From positions 1-6,706 of the IMG/VR virus record IMGVR_UViG_3300034682_000254: a stretch of DNA of 6,706 nucleotides; one strand, 5' to 3'. The position numbers and the translations under genes were made by a program. Under the pieces are notes generated by a model that did not search any database, was not told the origin of the DNA, and saw only the letters and a program-made list of their open reading frames with translations. Below, piece by piece: positions 1-5,540 of this stretch (position 1 is the first letter of the stretch; each line of letters starts with the position of its first letter). The DNA comes from a virus.

Positions 1-127
1 TCTTGTTGCCAGTGATGCCGCCAATTGCATTACGAGCGAGCTTATCACCGCCCGATTTTGTAAATAGAAACCAAGAAAGAGACATTAAAACAACAATGGC
101 AATAATCGCATAAATAAACTTGCTTTG
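1..127. repeat. Terminal redundancy copy A (identical to 6580-6706)
   Basis: Checked base by base: 127/127 identical. It lies inside the gI coding frame, so it marks circularity or tandem copies (or an assembler overlap), not an att site. Confidence 0.95.
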
Positions 128-742
128 TATTTTGAACTGTATAGAAGTATGTGCCGAAGCACTTGTGTACATATCTTGCCATTTTTTGTTATAGAAAAAT
201 TTATAACTGTCTTGATAACTCACCGTTCGAGTTGATGCCGCAGCTTGCCACGGATCACGGAGCCATCGTTCAAATTCGTAGATAGTTGCGAAAGGCGGCT
301 TTTGAATCGGACGCTTAACTAGATACATTTTTTCGACTAATTTTCTTATACCCTTATTTAATCGCTCAGGGTCTTGTGTCATCAAAATAATATCTTTGTT
401 CTGATGTCCATGTGTTGTTAAATCAACAATCATGGGATTTTGTGACATTTTCCCGTCAGAATCGCAATATTCGGGGCGTTTATGTATTTCGTCCATGAAA
501 ATAATTGAATCATTCGGAACGTCACGCCAGTCTTTCGGAGCTTGCTGAATAAAATCACATTTTTCGGCATGTCCTTCAATATCAGAATAAATTTGACGAA
601 CAATGTCTGTTTTAAGATTAAATTTGCCCGAATCTATACGCTTTTGAATCTCAATATTTTTTTGGTGATATTCATAAGCCATTTTTGCCGCAAATTGGCT
701 TTTCCCGTGACGAGGTTGACCAACAATTAAATAAATAGCCAT
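1..742 (-). CDS. gI: Zot/gpI-like assembly ATPase, N-terminal part (codons 1-247). It continues across the circular junction into 6017-6579; full length is 434 aa
   Basis: Manual translation from ATG 740-742 gives MAIYLIVGQPRHGKSQFAAKMAYEYHQ... with no stop down to nt 1. Walker A GQPRHGKS lies at 698-721 and Walker B-like IIFMDE at 488-505. A TM segment FIYAIIAIVVLMSLSWFLF lies near 61-117. The frame is continuous with track ORF 6017-6664 (742-85=657, a multiple of 3). The start overlaps the upstream stop (TAATG). Confidence 0.85.
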   Translation of the reverse strand, partial: MAIYLIVGQPRHGKSQFAAKMAYEYHQKNIEIQKRIDSGKFNLKTDIVRQIYSDIEGHAEKCDFIQQAPKDWRDVPNDSIIFMDEIHKRPEYCDSDGKMSQNPMIVDLTTHGHQNKDIILMTQDPERLNKGIRKLVEKMYLVKRPIQKPPFATIYEFERWLRDPWQAAASTRTVSYQDSYKFFYNKKWQDMYTSASAHTSIQFKIQSKFIYAIIAIVVLMSLSWFLFTKSGGDKLARNAIGGITGNK

Positions 743-1032
743 TAGTTTGTCGCCTTTCCGATTGTGATTTTATTAATCATCAAAGTAATTTTAAGAACAC
801 AAGCGCCCACAATAATTGATAAACCGTAGTCAATATTTGCAAGTGCGAGTATTTGCAAAACAGCGCTTGAAAGCTGACCCCATTCTTGTTGTGCGTGTGA
901 AATCAATTGATTAAATAGAGTTAAAACAACACCACTGGAGAAGATGCCCAAACCTAAACCCTTTAGAACTGATTTACCGAGTTTTGATAGCGTCCAGTCT
1001 GCAACTGCAACAAGTAATAATTTTAGGCTCAT
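742..1032 (-). CDS. Small hydrophobic minor virion/assembly protein in the gpVI position (96 aa)
   Basis: The ATG overlaps the gIII-like stop (ATGA at 1029-1032). The protein is largely hydrophobic with several predicted membrane segments. It sits between the adsorption protein and gI, as in Ff phages. The call rests on position and composition only. Confidence 0.55.
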   Translation of the reverse strand: MSLKLLLVAVADWTLSKLGKSVLKGLGLGIFSSGVVLTLFNQLISHAQQEWGQLSSAVLQILALANIDYGLSIIVGACVLKITLMINKITIGKATN

Positions 1033-2339
1033 ATCTCGCCATCCTCGCCTTTCCTACCCACACCAATAAGAATCATAGCACCCGATAAAAAACCAATAAG
1101 CGGAGCAACAAATGACCATTTTTCGGCAAATTGACAAATCGGTTCATAGCTTATAGTTGCATTGCCATCCGTGCCGATTGATACGTGAATCGGAATATCA
1201 GGAGGACACCCAGCAGTCGCCTTAAAGGCATCCGCTTCGAATTGTGGCAGTTCCATTTCTTGTGGTTGTTCAGGTTCTTCATTTTCTAAAGAATCATTTT
1301 CTTTAGACCAGTCGAAAAATTCATTCACCTTTTCCCAAAAAGTTAATTCTTTAACTCTATGATCATCATTGTTTTTTGAATCTTCTTTATATTTTGCGTA
1401 CCACTCGCACATGATTGGAGCAATAGAACAGAAAGGAGGTAATTTAAATTCTGAGCCTTGCGAGGGCAAGTTAGGATCATAAACGTCAGGTTTACCATCC
1501 CCGTTTGTGTCTTTATTTGGTTTGTTAGTAACGTCACCAACTGGGGGCGTTTTTGGTTGTGGTTCGGCTTTATTTAAAATACTTTCTGTGGCATCAGGCG
1601 CAGGACTAGGGCGAGGCACAGGATTGTTAGGTGAATAAATATCAGGAACAATTTGCGGAGCTTGTGGAGATTCTAATATTTTATTGCCCATTTCATCGGG
1701 TGATACTGGAATATTGCTTGGTGCACCTAGATCGGGGTTATATTTTGGATTTGGAATTTTTTTAATAGTTCCGTTATTAATTTCACGATTGAATTGTTTA
1801 GCTTTGCAATTATAAGTATTTGCATCAACAAATTCTAAACCCAAATATTTCGGAGCGCTTCCAGTTCCATCGCCTTGATTACCAAGAAGAGATTTACATA
1901 AAGCATCTGGATCAGTATTGTAAGCATTTCCATACGACCAAACATAAGGGGCATTGTTTGGATTGACAGTTGCGGGATCAATCTTTTTTACAACACCATT
2001 TTCGATAATCCATCCAACGCCCTCAACTAATGCCAAAACAGCAGCAGAAGCAAGCCCGTACTTAATCATTGTAAAAGCAGTTGAACCCAATGCAGAAGCA
2101 GAAACGGGGACAGTCGCCTTGTATTTAAAATCGTTAGCAGCAGCGCCAAAGTTTTTTTGGACGGTGTACTGTAAATTTTTTCCTATGTTGTTATATACAA
2201 CTTCTTCAATTGTCCACTTTTCAGCAGCACCCGCATAAGCAGAATTAAAAGTATTAAAATAGAGTGTAAAAATAAGAAATACAGAGAAGATTTGTTTTAA
2301 AAGAGCTTTGCGCCCACGATTAGCCACATGATTATACAT
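1029..2339 (-). CDS. gpIII-like minor coat / host adsorption protein (436 aa from ATG 2339; the track's 2375 start is GTG)
   Basis: AGGGG lies 7 nt upstream of ATG 2337-2339. The signal peptide is MYNHVANRGRKALLKQIFSVFLIFTLYFNTFNSAYA|GA. Paired Cys occur in the N- and C-terminal domains. A long Pro-rich linker covers aa ~207-305 of the 448-aa track ORF. The C-terminal membrane anchor is WSFVAPLIGFLSGAMILIGVGRK. The gene follows the major coat gene and its terminator. Confidence 0.7.
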   Translation of the reverse strand: MYNHVANRGRKALLKQIFSVFLIFTLYFNTFNSAYAGAAEKWTIEEVVYNNIGKNLQYTVQKNFGAAANDFKYKATVPVSASALGSTAFTMIKYGLASAAVLALVEGVGWIIENGVVKKIDPATVNPNNAPYVWSYGNAYNTDPDALCKSLLGNQGDGTGSAPKYLGLEFVDANTYNCKAKQFNREINNGTIKKIPNPKYNPDLGAPSNIPVSPDEMGNKILESPQAPQIVPDIYSPNNPVPRPSPAPDATESILNKAEPQPKTPPVGDVTNKPNKDTNGDGKPDVYDPNLPSQGSEFKLPPFCSIAPIMCEWYAKYKEDSKNNDDHRVKELTFWEKVNEFFDWSKENDSLENEEPEQPQEMELPQFEADAFKATAGCPPDIPIHVSIGTDGNATISYEPICQFAEKWSFVAPLIGFLSGAMILIGVGRKGEDGEI

Positions 2340-2381
2340 ATATATGCCCCTAAATTTTCTATATCCATATTTCACCCAGTC

Positions 2382-2411
2382 AAAAAGAAAAAATGCCCTC
2401 AGTTGAGGGCA
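2382..2411 (-). terminator. Rho-independent terminator after the major coat gene
   Basis: A 7-bp GC-rich stem pairs tgccctc (2394-2400) with gagggca (2405-2411), with a 4-nt loop. On the minus strand it is followed by TTTTTTCTTTTT (2382-2393). It starts 8 nt after the coat stop codon. Ff phages also have a terminator after gVIII. Confidence 0.75.
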
Positions 2412-2418
2412 CTGTTTG

Positions 2419-2688
2419 TTACATAGCTGATCGTGCCCATTTGAATACTTTGATCACAACAACAAGAGAAAGCACAGCTAAACCGATTGCACTAACAGTA
2501 GTTACGCCATCGGTAATAGTTCCAACAACTGATGTAACATCAATAGCGGCAGCATTCGCATTACTTACAAGCGCAGCAGATACGGCAACACCGAAACCAT
2601 ATTTTTTAACAGCAGCAACAAAGGCAGCACGGTTGCCGTAAGTTTTGTTCATTGCTTCGTTTACTTGGTCTTGAGTTAATTTGTCCAT
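2419..2688 (-). CDS. gVIII: Major coat protein precursor (gpVIII-like), 89 aa, predicted 43-aa mature peptide
   Basis: A strong SD AAGGAG (2695-2700) lies 6 nt upstream of the ATG. The leader ends in ANA (aa 44-46). The mature peptide AAIDVTSVVGTITDGVTTVSAIGLAVLSLVVVIKVFKWARSAM has an acidic N-terminus, a hydrophobic core and a basic C-terminus (K,K,R), the classic inovirus coat layout. A terminator follows. Confidence 0.85.
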   Translation of the reverse strand: MDKLTQDQVNEAMNKTYGNRAAFVAAVKKYGFGVAVSAALVSNANAAAIDVTSVVGTITDGVTTVSAIGLAVLSLVVVIKVFKWARSAM

Positions 2689-2701
2689 AACGGACTCCTT
2701 T

Positions 2702-2878
2702 TTAATGTAGTGCTTTGATGCACTTTTTGATTACAAAGACCGTTGCAAACACCATTAGACAAGAAAAACCAATGGTATTACCCTCTACTAGTGTGAGCTT
2801 CGGCAACAAAGTGGGCATTTCTACCCATACAAGGCACTGATTTGTTGTAGTATCGAGTTGGTTACAGACCAGTGCCAT
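2702..2878 (-). CDS. Small hydrophobic protein (58 aa, or 38 aa from ATG 2816-2818); candidate gpVII/gpIX-type minor coat protein
   Basis: This ORF is not in the track because it is under 60 aa. Manual translation gives MALVCNQLDTTTNQCLVWVEMPTLLPKLTLVEGNTIGFSCLMVFATVFVIKKCIKALH. It has one C-terminal TM segment plus a basic tail. It fills the gap between the upstream stop (2890) and the coat-gene SD exactly. AGGAA overlaps the upstream stop, 9 nt before the ATG. Confidence 0.5.
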   Translation of the reverse strand: MALVCNQLDTTTNQCLVWVEMPTLLPKLTLVEGNTIGFSCLMVFATVFVIKKCIKALH

Positions 2879-2889
2879 TTCTTAAATTC

Positions 2890-3273
2890 CTAACGTATGT
2901 TTTGACAACCAACTTCGTGAAGTTGTGTCTTGTAAAAGTCTTGTACAGATCCAAAATTCTTATGACATGAGCTACAAGTGACAGATTTAAAAGGTCTTGG
3001 TTCTGTTCCGTCTTTTGGAAAAGCTACACTTGTTGCATACGAGTTGCCCCAGTAAACAGTTTTTGGTTCTGCAAAATATTCAGGATGTGCAATATTGGTT
3101 GCGCCATCTTCATCAGGATCTTGTTCAAATCCCGATGGTTCGCCAGTAACTTGTTCTACTGTTAAACGTGTGCAGTCAGAACAACGTGAATCAGCAAATA
3201 GATATGCAGTTTCTCGTTCACACTGGTAGCAAGTTGAAAGATCCTTTATTAATTGCTCTTTAGGGTCAAACAT
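2890..3273 (-). CDS. Acidic Cys-rich hypothetical protein (127 aa) with two putative zinc-binding knuckle sets
   Basis: The start lies 1 nt after the upstream stop (TGAAATG). One set is C15-x2-C18-x12-C31-x2-C34 (nt 3172-3231). The other is C100-x2-C103-x15-H119-x3-C123 (nt 2905-2976). There is no TM segment. The middle is acidic (EQDPDEDG). I recognise no family. Confidence 0.6.
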   Translation of the reverse strand: MFDPKEQLIKDLSTCYQCERETAYLFADSRCSDCTRLTVEQVTGEPSGFEQDPDEDGATNIAHPEYFAEPKTVYWGNSYATSVAFPKDGTEPRPFKSVTCSSCHKNFGSVQDFYKTQLHEVGCQNIR

Positions 3274-3274
3274 T

Positions 3275-3595
3275 TCAGGCAGCCTTAACTTGTTTTTCTT
3301 CGAGCATTAACGGCTTGCCGTCACCAGTGGTTTTGTAAAAGATCGCCATACCATTCATTTGAGTAGACAATTCAACAGGCAAATAAATGTCACGGCCTTT
3401 AAATGAAAGATAGAAATCTTTCATATGTTGGTGATCTTGAATAACAGTAACGTTTTGAGAACATGGGACGATTTGTTCTAATCCCTTATCAAATTTTTGT
3501 GATGCAAAGATAAGACGCATTTTTGGATTGCCTTTATCATCTACACCATTGTTTTCGACATTAAGTAATTTTGCTTTAAAGATTAATTGAGACAT
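3275..3595 (-). CDS. Probable ssDNA-binding protein (gpV position), 106 aa
   Basis: SD AAGGTG overlaps the gII stop, 5 nt upstream of ATG 3593-3595. It lies immediately downstream of gII as gV does in Ff. It is small and its sequence suggests beta-strand richness. The function is assigned by position only; I see no clear similarity to M13 gpV. Confidence 0.5.
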   Translation of the reverse strand: MSQLIFKAKLLNVENNGVDDKGNPKMRLIFASQKFDKGLEQIVPCSQNVTVIQDHQHMKDFYLSFKGRDIYLPVELSTQMNGMAIFYKTTGDGKPLMLEEKQVKAA

Positions 3596-3604
3596 GTTTT
3601 CACC

Positions 3605-4210
3605 TTATGCGGTACGTAATTGATAACTGAACATTGAAACTGGTTCGACAAAGTTTTCAGGTAATTGATCTTCGAATTTCATTTCGAACATTTTGATAAA
3701 TGGAATAACGTTATTGGTTGATTGAACATGCAGATTTTGAAGATAAACAAGTGAATAACCACACTTTTTAAGAGCAGCAATAAGATTTGAAAACTGAGAT
3801 TTCTTGTATTTTGACTTCATTTCTTCATAGCCAAATTTTTCAAGATCGTAATAAAAACGTTCAATATTTCTAGCTTTACGCTCTGAAACCGTACCAGCAG
3901 GAATTTCTTTTTTAAATGCCTTAAATAGCTGTATGTAAACATTGATATGACAGAAATTCTGTGACGGTTTTTCATGTAGACGTTGTAAGTATGTACCACT
4001 AAAACCAGTATCAATCAGATCGGCAACAAGGTTTAAAAAACGCTTATGCGTGTATTTCTTTTTCGTTTCATTATGACCAATTTTCTCAAGCAAAAGATAA
4101 AACTCCATGAGTTCATCAACCTTTCGTGTACAAATTTTCTTTTCAGTAGATACAGTTTGATGAACAGCAAGAATATTTTTAAATACAGTTTCATGGTCAG
4201 ATACTTTCAT
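3605..4210 (-). CDS. gX: Candidate in-frame nested gX-like product (201 aa, from Met292 of gII)
   Basis: ATG 4208-4210 is preceded by GAGGG with a 7-nt spacer (gca ttt GAG GGt aca aat ATG). This Met aligns with the Met in M13 ...AFEGDSM NIYDD..., where gene X starts, as I recall it. Confidence 0.5.
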   Translation of the reverse strand: MKVSDHETVFKNILAVHQTVSTEKKICTRKVDELMEFYLLLEKIGHNETKKKYTHKRFLNLVADLIDTGFSGTYLQRLHEKPSQNFCHINVYIQLFKAFKKEIPAGTVSERKARNIERFYYDLEKFGYEEMKSKYKKSQFSNLIAALKKCGYSLVYLQNLHVQSTNNVIPFIKMFEMKFEDQLPENFVEPVSMFSYQLRTA

Positions 4211-5083
4211 ATTTGTACCCTCAAATGCTTGAAATAATTGATGGTTTGCTTTAAGCCAGATGTCTTGTAAAAAAGTAGGATTAGAACGTTGATAGCGAAT
4301 TAATTGAAATAAATTAGTGGGGATGTCGAGTTCTTTCATAACATAGGCTTTAATGCCTGTTTCAAATCTTAAAAGACCACGAGCAAAAGCTTGTAACTCA
4401 GGGTCAGACATAACTTTCACAACACGCTGAGCGCATTTATCATTTGCTTTAGCAAGTTTAATTTGTTCCTGTAATTGATCTTGGAACTCATTAAATTTGA
4501 CATAGACTTTACGAGCAAAACGCTTGCAACGTTCAGAACCAAAGTAAAGCGTATTTTTAAAAGTAGCGTCTTTTGTTGATTTACGGATGTGTTGCGTAGA
4601 AACATTACGCATCAAAGCAAGAACTTTTTCTGCTTCTCGATCATCCTTGAAACGAAATGAATATGTAGCGTCAAGTTGCTTAACTTCTGTCATACCAATG
4701 TCAAGAATGTCATAGAGTGCAGGGTTTGATTGAGCTAGAAAGCCCAACATTTCTAAAGCACCCTCTTCTATCCAGTCAGTACCATAGACGTTATGCCCTT
4801 GCATAATTTTTGCAGGTGAGCATTTAAGCTCTACATAGGGATGACCAACAACATCATGAAACAACTTGAAAGACATTGCTGTATGTGAAGTCGGGATTTT
4901 TGACCATACATGATGCAAGATTTGATTTTTAACATTGCCATCTTCATCTTTGTATACATCGTAAGAACCAACTTTAAGATTTAGGTCAAGCAGATCAAAA
5001 CAAATAATGCAGTGTCGACCGTCACTTGTTAATTCAACAAGCTCAGTCTTAACAGGTATCCACATTACAATTCTGTCTAGCAT
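3605..5083 (-). CDS. gII: Rolling-circle replication initiator, Ff gpII family (492 aa)
   Basis: Several blocks match my recollection of M13/f1 gpII. VELKCSPAKIMQGHNVYGT matches VEIKASPAKVLQGHNVFGT. LYDILDIG..LDATYSFRF matches LYDLLDVN..IDATFSAR. MSDPELQAFARGLLRFETGIKAY..IPTNLFQLIRY matches LSNPDLLEFASGLVRFEARIKTRY..LPLNLFDAIRF. LFQAFEGTNM matches LFKAFEGDSM. STNNVIPFIKMF matches STCNNVVPLVRFI. Confidence 0.9.
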   Translation of the reverse strand: MLDRIVMWIPVKTELVELTSDGRHCIICFDLLDLNLKVGSYDVYKDEDGNVKNQILHHVWSKIPTSHTAMSFKLFHDVVGHPYVELKCSPAKIMQGHNVYGTDWIEEGALEMLGFLAQSNPALYDILDIGMTEVKQLDATYSFRFKDDREAEKVLALMRNVSTQHIRKSTKDATFKNTLYFGSERCKRFARKVYVKFNEFQDQLQEQIKLAKANDKCAQRVVKVMSDPELQAFARGLLRFETGIKAYVMKELDIPTNLFQLIRYQRSNPTFLQDIWLKANHQLFQAFEGTNMKVSDHETVFKNILAVHQTVSTEKKICTRKVDELMEFYLLLEKIGHNETKKKYTHKRFLNLVADLIDTGFSGTYLQRLHEKPSQNFCHINVYIQLFKAFKKEIPAGTVSERKARNIERFYYDLEKFGYEEMKSKYKKSQFSNLIAALKKCGYSLVYLQNLHVQSTNNVIPFIKMFEMKFEDQLPENFVEPVSMFSYQLRTA

Positions 5084-5214
5084 GATTATTCTTAGACCCT
5101 AAAATCACAAATGCATAAATCATTTTAGGGAGATAAAAACATAAATCACATATAAACACAAGCAGAAATCACAAATTCATTTAGAATCTAGTGATTTTTA
5201 AAAGGATTATCGAA
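5084..5214. promoter_or_regulatory. Divergent control region between gII (minus) and the regulator (plus), with repeated AAATCAC(A) motifs and a 34-bp palindrome
   Basis: AAATCACA occurs at 5102-5109, 5143-5150 and 5166-5173. The variant AAATCAT is at 5117-5123 and an inverted copy GTGATTT at 5191-5197. Longer repeats are AAATCACAAAT (5102-5112, 5166-5176) and CATAAATCA (5114-5122, 5140-5148). A 9-bp inverted repeat pairs ccctaaaat (5097-5105) with attttaggg (5122-5130), centred on ATGCAT. The region is AT-rich with -10-like hexamers (TAGAAT 5182-5187 on plus; TAAAAT 5122-5127 on minus), but I found no convincing -35 elements. Confidence 0.5.
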
Positions 5215-5418
5215 ATGGCTAAAACGTTTAGATTTACTGATGAAGAAGAACAAGCATTAAATGAAGTTGCTTTGAAGATAAATCGAGACCTAGTTAAAGC
5301 AGGGAAAAAGCCGTTAAGAGATACAGAAATATTCCACGAAATTATTAAACAAACATTAGTTAATGGAAGCGTAGAAGTAAGCAGAGATGGAAGTTTGAAA
5401 GTAGAGACAAAAAAGTAA
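5215..5418 (+). CDS. Small ribbon-helix-helix-like DNA-binding regulator (67 aa), divergent from gII
   Basis: AAAGGA (5201-5206) lies 8 nt upstream of ATG 5215; the track start at 5191 is GTG. The N-terminus MAKTFRFTDEEEQALNEVALKINRDL...RDTEIFHEIIKQTL fits a strand-helix-turn-helix (RHH) pattern. It is the only plus-strand gene and is placed like the divergent repressors of temperate inoviruses. A hairpin plus T5 follows it. Confidence 0.6.
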   Translation: MAKTFRFTDEEEQALNEVALKINRDLVKAGKKPLRDTEIFHEIIKQTLVNGSVEVSRDGSLKVETKK

Positions 5419-5422
5419 GTTT

Positions 5423-5465
5423 TCCGAAATATCGGACTTAAGTCCACTCCAGAGAACGTGGACTT
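5423..5465 (-). other. Candidate plus-strand (viral-strand) replication origin: f1-like nick hairpin plus adjacent palindromes. On the window plus strand it may also act as the intrinsic terminator of the regulator gene
   Basis: The minus strand reads AAGTCCAC-GTTCTCTGGA-GTGGACTT (8-bp stem 5440-5447/5458-5465). The f1 ori as I recall it is GAGTCCAC-GTTCTTTAATA-GTGGACTC. They share AGTCCACGTTCT (12/12) and GTGGACT (7/7). Next to it are the palindrome GGACTTAAGTCC (5434-5445) and the inverted repeat TCCGA-AATA-TCGGA (5423-5436), where f1 has its gpII-binding inverted repeat. On the plus strand the stem is followed by TTTTT (5465-5469), 22 nt after the regulator stop. Confidence 0.6.
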
Positions 5466-5477
5466 TTTCACGAATGG

Positions 5478-5530
5478 ACGCTTTGCAATGGTCGAGTTGC
5501 GAGCCCTCACTCCACCCCATTGCAAAGCGT
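5478..5530. other. Perfect 14-bp inverted repeat (hairpin with a 25-nt GC-rich loop) between the ori-like hairpin and the dif-like site
   Basis: acgctttgcaatgg (5478-5491) is the exact reverse complement of ccattgcaaagcgt (5517-5530). The loop is tcgagttgcgagccctcactccacc. It is locally GC-rich in an AT-rich genome. Confidence 0.6.
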
Positions 5531-5540
5531 ATAGGCTTGT

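Noticed and set aside
1-127. Terminal 127-nt direct repeats as attL/attR or LTR-like ends of an integrated element
   Set aside because: The repeat is internal to the gI reading frame, and joining the ends restores an intact gene. The candidate att region lies elsewhere (5541-5692).
170-172. In-frame internal Met in gI as a pXI-like start (Ff gene XI analogue)
   Set aside because: The Met lies about 22 aa upstream of the TM segment, but there is no SD-like sequence upstream (aaaaaatggcaagatATG). I cannot support it from sequence.
542-730. Plus-strand 62-aa ORF
   Set aside because: It lies antisense inside the gI/Zot-like gene, which has Walker A/B motifs. It has low-complexity Ile/Phe/Asn-rich composition typical of a shadow ORF in AT-rich DNA.
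1954-2238. Plus-strand 94-aa ORF, and the minus-strand 65-aa ORF at 1343-1540
   Set aside because: Both are embedded in the gIII-like gene, one antisense and one out of frame. Neither has an RBS, and the gIII-like frame has coherent signal peptide, linker and anchor architecture.
2340-2375. GTG start at 2375 for the gIII-like gene (448-aa version)
   Set aside because: The codon at 2373-2375 is GTG and lies directly after the terminator T tract, with no SD. ATG 2337-2339 has AGGGG 7 nt upstream and yields a canonical signal peptide.
2393-2641. Plus-strand 82-aa ORF
   Set aside because: It is antisense to the major coat gene, which has a strong SD, a signal peptide and a classic mature coat sequence. 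The ORF also starts inside the terminator hairpin.
3817-4605. Small ORFs within gII (3817-4014 minus, 4046-4237 plus, 4417-4605 minus)
   Set aside because: They are out of frame or antisense within a gene that has clear gpII-family similarity along its whole length, so they are compositional shadows.
5191-5214. GTG start at 5191 for the plus-strand regulator (75-aa version)
   Set aside because: ATG 5215 has AAAGGA at suitable spacing. The GTG overlaps the inverted AAATCAC operator-like repeat and has no SD.
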